A stretch of 64,000 bases of DNA from an uncultured delta proteobacterium (GTDB taxonomy: Bacteria; Desulfobacterota; Desulfuromonadia; Geobacterales; DSM-12255). The position numbers and the translations under genes are program-made. The notes below the pieces were generated by a model. That model was not told the origin of the DNA, did no database searches, and saw only the letters and a program-made list of their open reading frames with translations. Positions 56,754 to 64,000 of this stretch are shown here, piece by piece; positions within the stretch are counted from its first letter, which is position 1, and every line of letters starts with the position of its first letter. The DNA is taken from contig CAWBBV010000016.1 of NCBI GenBank assembly GCA_963787125.1, positions 160,001 through 224,000 of the forward strand, written 5' to 3'.

Positions 56754-57748
56754 TTTTTACGGCTCTCTTCTTTCGCTTGTTTTTCCAGCGCCGCGATGGT
56801 TTTCAGATAGTCTTTTTCCACATTGTCCAGCGTTTTGGCTTTGTATTTCTGGTATTCCAGCTTGGCTTTGTTTGCTGCCTGGGTGTGAGAGATATTGCCG
56901 GCACTGTCCAGTACCTTTCGCCCGGTTGAACTCAGGATGTTGTCCAGTTCGCGCACATAATCGACCATGCGCATTTCGCGTTGTTCTATGGCGTTTAACT
57001 CGGCCAGATCAAAATACGCAGAAACCAGATTATTCAGTACGCGCAGTTCCTGCTCGCTGAGGTAGTTTTTGGCAATCATCGCGTCGGCCTGTGTGGGCTG
57101 GTTGCCTTTGAAACTGCTTAAACCGGCAAATGGTTTATCGCTATCCACCCGCAGGTAGATAACTTCGCTGGCGGTATGGCCGTGGGCGGCGTAGTGCAGT
57201 TTGTTTTGTACGATTTTGAAAAACGTGAGGCTTTGCTCGCTATCGGGGTCGTAATCGGTTGCAGTGGCGTATAAGTCGAGCACTTGGCGGTACATCACTT
57301 TTTCGCTGGAGCGAATATCGCGAATGCGGCCAAGCAATTCTTTCCAGTAATTGCCGCCACCGAGGTTTTTCAGGCGCTCGTCATTTAATGCAAAACCTTT
57401 TTCAAGATACTCTTTCAACACGGTTGACGCATAACGCCTGAATTGCACGCCACGCACCGAACGCACCCGATAGCCAACCGCCAGAATCACGTCCAGGTTA
57501 TACAGGGTAATCTCGCGTGAGACTTCTCGCTCACCTTCTTTTTGAACTGTCAACTGATGGTTGACAGTTGCTTTATCGTCCAGCTCCTGGTCGTCATAAA
57601 TGGCCTGAATATGCTTGCTGATATTTTGCTTGGTGGTTTGAAAAAGCTCGGCGATTTGCAGTTGCGACAACCAAACCGTGCCATTGTCCAGGCGCAAATC
57701 AATATTGGTTGTGCCGTCTTCGGTGGTGTAAATAATGACATCGCTCAT
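56750..57748 (-). CDS. rhuM: RhuM-family protein
   Basis: WLSQ.QIAELF, YNLDVILAVGYRV.S.RG.QFR, RIRDIRSSEK, VQNKLH. Confidence 0.9.
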   Translation of the reverse strand: MSDVIIYTTEDGTTNIDLRLDNGTVWLSQLQIAELFQTTKQNISKHIQAIYDDQELDDKATVNHQLTVQKEGEREVSREITLYNLDVILAVGYRVRSVRGVQFRRYASTVLKEYLEKGFALNDERLKNLGGGNYWKELLGRIRDIRSSEKVMYRQVLDLYATATDYDPDSEQSLTFFKIVQNKLHYAAHGHTASEVIYLRVDSDKPFAGLSSFKGNQPTQADAMIAKNYLSEQELRVLNNLVSAYFDLAELNAIEQREMRMVDYVRELDNILSSTGRKVLDSAGNISHTQAANKAKLEYQKYKAKTLDNVEKDYLKTIAALEKQAKEESRKK

Positions 57749-57750
57749 GA

Positions 57751-59301
57751 CTACAGCTCCTCGCCTTCAATCTCCGCAACAATGGCATCAATATCCTTAC
57801 GAAGCTGATCAATTCTCGCCACGGTGGTTTTCAGTTCAGCATTGAGCTCGGTAATATTGATCACCTCGCGGGTGTCTTTAGCTTCCACATAAGAGCTGAC
57901 AGAAAGGTTGTAGTCCTTTTTGGCTATGGCATCGGAATCAATTGATTTCGCAAAATGGTCAACACTGGCTTTGGTGTCAAAGACCTCCATAATCCGGGCA
58001 ATGTGGTCATCGGTGAGGGTGTTGTTATTGGTCTCTTTTTTAAACAAACCACTGGCATCAATGAACTGGGTAAGGTTATCGGTCTTATGCTTGGAGAGTA
58101 CCAGAATATTCACCGCAATGGTGGTACCAAAAAAGAGGTTTGGAGCCAGAGAGATAACCGTTTCAACGAAGTTGTTATCAATCAAGTATTGACGGATTTT
58201 CTGCTCCGCACCGCCACGGTAAAAAATACCAGGGAAGCAGACAATGGCCGCGCGGCCTTTGCCGGAGAGATAGCTGAGGGCGTGGAGCACAAAGGCAAAA
58301 TCGGCCTTGGATTTTGGGGCAAGAACACCGGCAGGGGCAAAGCGGTCATCGTTAATGAGGGTGGGGTCATCGCTGCCGATCCAGTTCAACGAATAGGGCG
58401 GATTAGAGACAATGGCATCAAAGGGTTTCTCTTCGCCATGGTGCGGATCCCTAAGTGTGTCGCCCAGAGCGATATTAAATTTGTCGTAGTTGATGTTGTG
58501 CAAAAACATGTTCATACGGGCAAGGTTGTAGGTGGTGTGGTTGATCTCCTGGCCGAAGAATCCGTCTTCGATGATGTGGTTATCAAAGTGCTTTTTCGCC
58601 TGCAGCAGCAGGGAGCCGGAACCACAGGCCGGGTCGTAGATTTTATTGACCGTTATCTGCTTGTGCATGGCAAGCTGGGCAATGAGCTTGGAAACATGTT
58701 GGGGGGTAAAAAATTCACCGCCGGATTTACCGGCATTGGCAGCATAGTTGGAGATGAGAAACTCGTAGGCATCGCCGAAGAGGTCGATCTTGTTGTCCTG
58801 AAAATCGCCGAAGTTCAGCCCTGCCACACCTTTCAGAACCGCCGCCAGACGGCTGTTTTTGTCTTTGACGGAGTTGCCGAGCCGGTTGCTGGTGGTGTCA
58901 AAATCGGCAAAGAGTCCTTTAATATCGTGTTCGGACGGGTAGCCGTTGGCGGAGCTTTCGATGGCGGCGAAGATTTTAGCCAAATCGGTGTTCAGGTTTT
59001 CGTTGTCGTTGGCATTTTTGGCTACATTAACAAAAAGCTGGCTAGGGCAGATGAAATACCCTTTGGTTTTGACCGCATCGTCTTTGATTTCCGGGGTGAT
59101 GACACTATCTTTGAGGGCAGCATAGTTGACGCTATCATCACCGGCTTCGATGTAGATGGAGAAGTTTTCGCTGATAAAGCGGTAGAACAGCGAGCCTAAA
59201 ACGAACTGTTTGAAATCCCATCCGTCGACGGAACCACGGACATCGTTGGCTATTTTCCAGATTTGGGCTTGCAGATCGGCTCGTTGTTGGATACTCGACA
59301 T
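57751..59301 (-). CDS. hsdM: Type I methyltransferase subunit
   Basis: [22 protein letters not shown]. Confidence 0.95.
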   Translation of the reverse strand: MSSIQQRADLQAQIWKIANDVRGSVDGWDFKQFVLGSLFYRFISENFSIYIEAGDDSVNYAALKDSVITPEIKDDAVKTKGYFICPSQLFVNVAKNANDNENLNTDLAKIFAAIESSANGYPSEHDIKGLFADFDTTSNRLGNSVKDKNSRLAAVLKGVAGLNFGDFQDNKIDLFGDAYEFLISNYAANAGKSGGEFFTPQHVSKLIAQLAMHKQITVNKIYDPACGSGSLLLQAKKHFDNHIIEDGFFGQEINHTTYNLARMNMFLHNINYDKFNIALGDTLRDPHHGEEKPFDAIVSNPPYSLNWIGSDDPTLINDDRFAPAGVLAPKSKADFAFVLHALSYLSGKGRAAIVCFPGIFYRGGAEQKIRQYLIDNNFVETVISLAPNLFFGTTIAVNILVLSKHKTDNLTQFIDASGLFKKETNNNTLTDDHIARIMEVFDTKASVDHFAKSIDSDAIAKKDYNLSVSSYVEAKDTREVINITELNAELKTTVARIDQLRKDIDAIVAEIEGEEL

Positions 59302-59449
59302 TTATGATGCTCCTGTATTATTCCAGTTAAATGGCTATTTGCCTGACAGCAAGCTTGTACAAATTAATGTACTTGTTGCAAGCGGAATTGCCTAAGACTT
59401 TTCAACCTATATTCTATAAGCAAGGTGAGCAGTCCGAATGTAGGGGAAA

Positions 59450-59493
59450 AACATCGTTATTGACCGGTTCGCGCGCGTGCGTGAACCGGTGAT
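59450..59493 (-). repeat. Palindromic attC-like element, copy 2
   Basis: Minus strand ATCACCGGTTCACGCACGCGCGCGAACCGGTCAATAACGATGTT; homologous to 33249-33296. Confidence 0.7.
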
Positions 59494-59624
59494 CCAAACC
59501 GAATGGAACATTTAGTCGGTAAAATAAAGAGTTTTGCTCTCTTCGCCTTCTTCTCTCCTTGCACCCTCACCCGATCAGCCCCATCACCCTGACGCCGCCG
59601 AAGTTTAGAGCGCTCATTTCTTTT

Positions 59625-59659
59625 GGGGAAAATTGCAAGTTGAAGTTGCAATTTCCCCC
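59625..59659. promoter_or_regulatory. Palindrome with TTGCAA-N7-TTGCAA core
   Basis: GGGGAAAATTGCAA-GTTGAAG-TTGCAATTTCCCCC. Confidence 0.5.
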
Positions 59660-59716
59660 TGTCACCTGTGAGCTCGCTCTGCACGGCTCTTTAGCCTGCT
59701 TACTCCAGCAGCCACA

Positions 59717-60946
59717 TCAAACCAGATTCCATGGAATGGCCATGACATCAGCCGTCAGCCAGTATGGTTTCTCAACAGCGCAGATCACCGCGCCCATACC
59801 GACGCGTCGGCCGGGATAGGCTGCTTTAAAAGCTGCCATGCCGGACACGTCCCGCCGCGATGGTCTGGTGGTCAGCTTGAACTCAAACGGGTAGATAACA
59901 TCATCTTTCTCCAACAGCAGATCAACCTCGGCTCCTCCGGCTGAGCGCCAATGATACCATGCGGGTGTAATCCCTGCTGCGGCGGCCTGTTTGTGGAGCT
60001 CCTGCACCATGGCGCTTTCAAACAGAGAGCCAAACAGCGGGTTTGAGGCAAGCGCTCTGGGTGATGAAACCCGCGCATGATAACAGGCCAGGCCGGTATC
60101 GGTGATATGACCCTTGGGCCGCATTGACACCCGTTTGACCGGATTGCCTGAAAAAGGTGGCAGCTCAAACCACTGGAAGGTTGCCTCCAGAATCTTCAGC
60201 CATCGTTTTGATGTCTGCGGAGTTATGCCTATTTCGCGCCCCAGTTGACTGTAATTTATCTCTTGGGCAGTCAGTGCCGTCATGAGACCGATAAACCGGC
60301 CGAATTCCTGCCAATCCTGTATTTCTCCCATCAAACGCGCATCACGCTCAATGTATGTCCGATGATAGCCGGCCCAGAAATCCGTGGCCAGGTCGTCGGG
60401 AAGCGGCTGCACTCCCGGCATGAAACCTTTCCAGAGCCAAGTTGTCAGGTCGCCGGGATATCTGGCTGCAGTTCGGCTCCATTCCGGAAACTTATCAGGC
60501 GCATCCAGCCATCCGGATAGCCAGCAGCTTTCGCCATCGGATAATTCCTGTAACGAAAAACCTTGTAAATCGAGGAACGCAGCTCTTCCTGCAAGGCTTT
60601 CAGACAAGGTCTTCAGTACCTGCCACTGTTGTGAACCGGTAAGTATAAATTGACCGGCTCCGGAAGAAGAGCGATCAACGAAGCGCTTTATGGCTGATAC
60701 CAGTTCGGGAGCATACTGAATTTCATCAAGAATAAGAGGCGGGGGATGATTGAGTAAAAAAAGATCCGGATCACGTCTGGCGCCCTCAAGGTCGAGGCTT
60801 GCATCAAATACAACGTAATCATGCCGGGGGAACAGATGTTTTAGAAGCGTTGTCTTGCCTACCTGACGTGCGCCACTGACAACTGTTACCGGGAAATTCT
60901 CCGTCAAGCGTAGCAGACGGTTTGAGAGAAGCCGTTTACGATACAT
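59717..60946 (-). CDS. AAA ATPase with DUF4143 (PD-(D/E)xK-like) C-terminus
   Basis: GARQVGKTT, LDEIQ, LTGS, ESLAGR, DTGL, EVDLL...FEFK. Confidence 0.9.
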   Translation of the reverse strand: MYRKRLLSNRLLRLTENFPVTVVSGARQVGKTTLLKHLFPRHDYVVFDASLDLEGARRDPDLFLLNHPPPLILDEIQYAPELVSAIKRFVDRSSSGAGQFILTGSQQWQVLKTLSESLAGRAAFLDLQGFSLQELSDGESCWLSGWLDAPDKFPEWSRTAARYPGDLTTWLWKGFMPGVQPLPDDLATDFWAGYHRTYIERDARLMGEIQDWQEFGRFIGLMTALTAQEINYSQLGREIGITPQTSKRWLKILEATFQWFELPPFSGNPVKRVSMRPKGHITDTGLACYHARVSSPRALASNPLFGSLFESAMVQELHKQAAAAGITPAWYHWRSAGGAEVDLLLEKDDVIYPFEFKLTTRPSRRDVSGMAAFKAAYPGRRVGMGAVICAVEKPYWLTADVMAIPWNLV

Positions 60947-60981
60947 ACTTGCATATTAGTGATGCAATCATCAATTTGCAA
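60947..60981 (-). promoter_or_regulatory. Sigma-70-like promoter, probably leaderless, with an overlapping palindrome
   Basis: TTGCAA-N17-TAATAT-N6-ATG; TTGCAT-N7-ATGCAA. Confidence 0.6.
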
Positions 60982-61070
60982 GGTGTTTTCGTTTCAACGG
61001 TAATTTCAATGCAAGGATAATCCTTTTTCACTTCTTTGTTCATTATTTCAGTTGGAAACGTGCAAGAAAA

Positions 61071-62396
61071 TCACCTGACTGTCTTTTGGTCAGATACATC
61101 TTCGTGGTTGAATCCTCGGTGACTAGACTTTTCCTGTAACATCGGTTTTCGTTCGGAGCTTCTGTTTCTGGATGTCTCCCGTTCAATTTCATCATATCTT
61201 GTCCCTTTGATCAGCAACGGAACATTTGTTTTTGGGGTCACAAGGAAGGCTTTTGAATCTTTTGGGGTTCCGTTGGTAGCGTAGACAATAATTTGGCCAA
61301 GATCATTTATACCTCTGGCTTCGGTAGTCCTCCAGCCTCGCAGTCCTTTAAACAGATCGTTTAATATCGTTATCGCACCTTTATTCCACACGGCAGCCCT
61401 GTTATCAATCTTCCCGGATATCACGCCGTGTTTATTAATTCCCAAAGGTATAAACTTTCCATTCCCTTTGGAATCCAAGTACTGAAGTTCGCCATCATTC
61501 CAAAGAACAGCATTATCCCCGATACACTTTGCGGCAATCTGCCTGTTTTCAATCTGAACAGTCGCTTCCGGCCTTTCGGTGTTCCTGGATTTTGCTTCGC
61601 ATAGCTTTATGTAGCCAACCACTTGACCAGCATCATTAAGGCAGGTAGGAATAAATTTAGCTGCCTGTGGAGCAATCATAGTTTTATTGGGCACTATCAT
61701 AGGTTTGACCATCGAATCTGTTACATTTTTTAGCTCCTTCATTTCTCCCAGTGGCGTAAATTCTCGCATGCCGGGCGGCTCAAGTTTTTGCATAAGACCT
61801 TTGTTCCAAAGGACAGAATGGCCATTGTGAATAGTTCCCAATATCTGGCCATTGTTATTAATGGCATTACCACTTGTCAAAATTCCTGGGTATTCTATTG
61901 TGCCCATTCGCCAAATGAATGCATCCGTGCCGCCATGACTATTTTTAATCCAACCGACAACTTCTCCTGAGTTATTGATTGCAAGTGCCCTGCTTTCTAT
62001 GCCATTCAATGTTCCAAGTTCATATGATAAGCCGTTATTCCATAAAACGGCACGTTCGAAATCATTCCCATGCCGACCTTTTTGATACCCCGCAACCTGC
62101 CCGGCATCGTTAATAGCAGTAGCAGATGAACGAATAGTTACATCTGTTCCGTCAAGCTTCTCAGCAAATCCTTGTTTCCAGACCCCCGCAAAGTGCGACC
62201 CATTATCTGTAATTATATCACCGGCAACTTGCGTGGAATTATTGATCGCATGAGGCTCAAATATATCCAAATCTACAGAAATCCAGTCACTATCAATAAC
62301 AAAATTGTCAAGTGTGGTTGGTGGTTGTTCGGTTGCGCAAGATATACCGTGCGTAGCAAGTGTAATAGTAATGAGGATGAATAATAATCTTTGCAT
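61071..62396 (-). CDS. Secreted HAF-repeat-like protein
   Basis: Signal peptide; repeated A.AIN..GQV.G...A.LW..G units; AT-rich. Confidence 0.75.
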   Translation of the reverse strand: MQRLLFILITITLATHGISCATEQPPTTLDNFVIDSDWISVDLDIFEPHAINNSTQVAGDIITDNGSHFAGVWKQGFAEKLDGTDVTIRSSATAINDAGQVAGYQKGRHGNDFERAVLWNNGLSYELGTLNGIESRALAINNSGEVVGWIKNSHGGTDAFIWRMGTIEYPGILTSGNAINNNGQILGTIHNGHSVLWNKGLMQKLEPPGMREFTPLGEMKELKNVTDSMVKPMIVPNKTMIAPQAAKFIPTCLNDAGQVVGYIKLCEAKSRNTERPEATVQIENRQIAAKCIGDNAVLWNDGELQYLDSKGNGKFIPLGINKHGVISGKIDNRAAVWNKGAITILNDLFKGLRGWRTTEARGINDLGQIIVYATNGTPKDSKAFLVTPKTNVPLLIKGTRYDEIERETSRNRSSERKPMLQEKSSHRGFNHEDVSDQKTVR

Positions 62397-62513
62397 AGGA
62401 AAAGACCTTATGGTGTTCAACGCCATTCGACGAGGCTTTTTCCCGCCATCAGGCCGTGCCGCTAGTTTAAAATCGGTTTTTTCTCGGTGCTGATTTCGTG
62501 TTGGAGGCGGGAC

Positions 62514-62565
62514 TCTAAGCGGCATGCAGCTTTTTTGCACGTCCGGTTGAGCGTGTTGTTTGGCC
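62514..62565 (-). repeat. attC-like hairpin overlapping the antitoxin 3' end
   Basis: GCCAAAC-AACACGCTCAACCGGACGTGCAAAAAAGCTGCATGCCGCTTAG. Confidence 0.65.
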
Positions 62566-62868
62566 AGTTACTTTCCTGGATACCATTTCATTGACTAAGC
62601 GCAATTCCAAGCGGCAGCCGAGAGCATGTGCGTATTTTTCCAGAGTGGCTATTGACGGAGAATGCTTCCCTTTACCAGATTCGAGGCGGGCTACAGCAGA
62701 CTGGGTTGTGCCGATACGCTCTGCAACTTCAGCTTGTGTGACACCTGCGGCAGCACGAGCTTTGAGGAATTCATCCAGAAATCTGAATTCTTCGTCCAGT
62801 CGATCATATTCAGATTTTACATCTGCCCTTTCGAGGGCGCGGGCTTTAAGTTCTTTGTGAGTGAGCAT
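62515..62868 (-). CDS. XRE-HTH antitoxin (HigA-like)
   Basis: TQAEVAERIGTTQSAVARLESG, PSIATLEKYA.ALG. Confidence 0.9.
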   Translation of the reverse strand: MLTHKELKARALERADVKSEYDRLDEEFRFLDEFLKARAAAGVTQAEVAERIGTTQSAVARLESGKGKHSPSIATLEKYAHALGCRLELRLVNEMVSRKVTGQTTRSTGRAKKLHAA

Positions 62869-63187
62869 TTTTGAACTCCTTCATTCTTCGTTGTGCTATT
62901 GCAAGTTCTCTTGGCGGAGTTTTATCCGACTTCTTGATAAATTGGTGCAGCATCACTATCTTTCGGCCAACCATTGTGCAGTAGAATACTCGTGCGATTC
63001 CCTCCGCAGCCTTCAGCCGCAATTCAAAAAGTCCCTCTCCCATTGCGCGAGTATGAGGCATACCGAGATCCGGCCCATAAACCTCCATCCTGTCGGTATA
63101 GCGAAGATAGCGACCGAGAAACCCTGATGGCATTGCAAGGATTTCATCTTGTAATGAATCGTCGTTGTAAGTGATTGTCCAAGTCAT
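62846..63187 (-). CDS. RelE/HigB (Gp49-like) toxin
   Basis: LGMPHT, GLFELR, ARVFY, LHQFIKKSDKTP. Confidence 0.9.
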   Translation of the reverse strand: MTWTITYNDDSLQDEILAMPSGFLGRYLRYTDRMEVYGPDLGMPHTRAMGEGLFELRLKAAEGIARVFYCTMVGRKIVMLHQFIKKSDKTPPRELAIAQRRMKEFKNAHSQRT

Positions 63188-63222
63188 GGGCTTAATATAG
63201 CGTATTTGCTATTTTAGGTCTA
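63188..63222 (-). promoter_or_regulatory. TA promoter/operator, probably leaderless
   Basis: TAGACC-N17-TATATT-N6-ATG; palindrome ATAGC-N6-GCTAT. Confidence 0.5.
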
Positions 63223-63275
63223 TATGTTTTCAAGAGGAATGTCTTTCAACTCGGAGTGAATAAGAGGGCATACGA

Positions 63276-63350
63276 GGGACGCCTTTCGCATATCCACATT
63301 AGGAGGTTTCTCTTGCAAAACCCTGTCTAATATTACCAGAAGGGCGTCCC
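63276..63350. repeat. REP-like inverted doublet
   Basis: GGGACGCCTTTC ... GAAGGGCGTCCC; the same motif occurs at 33613-33624. Confidence 0.65.
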
Positions 63351-63429
63351 CATAGCGCTTTTGCACAAATTGTAAATTCAATTTACAGTTTGTGCAATAA
63401 GTGAAAGCGGCGGGATTACGTAAATCAGA

Positions 63430-64000
63430 TCACGGTGTATCTATCCCTGCCAACTCAGCCGAAACCCCGCAAATCGCCAGCAGCCGCTCCATGTCAAGAC
63501 TGCCTTCCAGATGCGCCGCCAGCTTGTCGAACGGGTCGTCAAGCCTGGCCGGGACTCTTTCTGCGAGCCCTTTTTTGCGGCGGATACGATTCAGTAGCGC
63601 CGCTCTGAATGAGTCGTTATGAAACAGGCCGTGCAGGTAGGTGCCGAAGATCCGGCCATCCTTTGTGACCGCCCCGTCGAGGACTTCCACATCCTTTTCC
63701 GAGCGCTGGACAATATGGGCAAACGGTTCGACCGCCGGGCCGAGAATTGTCTCCCCCATATGGATCTCGTACCCTTCCAGCCGTTTGACGCTGCGCGGCG
63801 CCACCTGAAAACCGGCGGTGAGGAGTTCGGCAACGGCCTGATGGGTCTCTTTGGCGGTCAGCATAATGGTGACGACATCAAGCAGTCCCAGCCCTTCCGC
63901 TTCTCCGGCTGAGAGCGCCTCGACGCCGTCCGGATCACTGACCCGGCGGCCAAGGATCTGGAAACCGCCGCAGATACCGGCGATGCACCCTTTGAAGCCC
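63430..64000 (-). CDS. cobQ: Cobyric acid synthase, C-terminal part (continues beyond the window)
   Basis: GICGGFQILG, GYEIHMG, GTYLHGLF. Confidence 0.92.
   Translation of the reverse strand, partial: GFKGCIAGICGGFQILGRRVSDPDGVEALSAGEAEGLGLLDVVTIMLTAKETHQAVAELLTAGFQVAPRSVKRLEGYEIHMGETILGPAVEPFAHIVQRSEKDVEVLDGAVTKDGRIFGTYLHGLFHNDSFRAALLNRIRRKKGLAERVPARLDDPFDKLAAHLEGSLDMERLLAICGVSAELAGIDTP

Noticed and set aside
57955..59199. 414-aa plus-strand ORF
   Set aside because: Antisense shadow of hsdM with no recognisable motifs
62397..62540. N-terminal extension of the HAF ORF in the ORF track
   Set aside because: It translates repeat DNA; the signal peptide begins at ATG 62396
1..64000. tRNA, rRNA or intact IS elements
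   Set aside because: None recognisable by eye; a tRNAscan or ISEScan run would be needed to exclude them fully

Overview
Chromosomal window from a Geobacteraceae-like deltaproteobacterium (inferred from gene content). From left to right: (1) a four-gene restriction-like anti-phage operon (DUF499 ATPase, DUF3780, DUF1156 methylase, PLD-SNF2 helicase) with a Phd/ParE toxin-antitoxin (TA) pair nested inside it between inverted repeats. (2) Housekeeping genes: M16 peptidases, cyclophilin, a 5'-3' exonuclease-RNase H fusion, hypAB followed by an atypical tyrosine recombinase, a sigma-54 two-component system, a BamA-like protein and an rRNA methylase. (3) A B12-riboswitch-led cobamide operon (cobUTSC-cbiA-bzaF ... 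cbiMNQOXCDETL) interrupted by a ~3 kb insert with an ATPase, intact MqsRA and two decayed TA pairs. (4) PPIase, pilT and other core genes. (5) The inverted cobQ ... cbiB arm, split by a ~12 kb island with a type IC R-M/RhuM/PrrC locus, an AAA ATPase, a HAF-repeat protein and a RelE-like TA pair. The most unusual signal is non-coding: the two inserts in the B12 genes share the same short elements (attC-like hairpins, a 38-bp palindrome, GGGACGCCYTTC motifs), and MqsRA is bracketed by a perfect 22-bp direct repeat. No integron integrase or transposase is present in the window. This suggests repeat-guided dispersal of TA/defence cassettes into core operons. All family calls are from motif recognition by eye; no database search was run.
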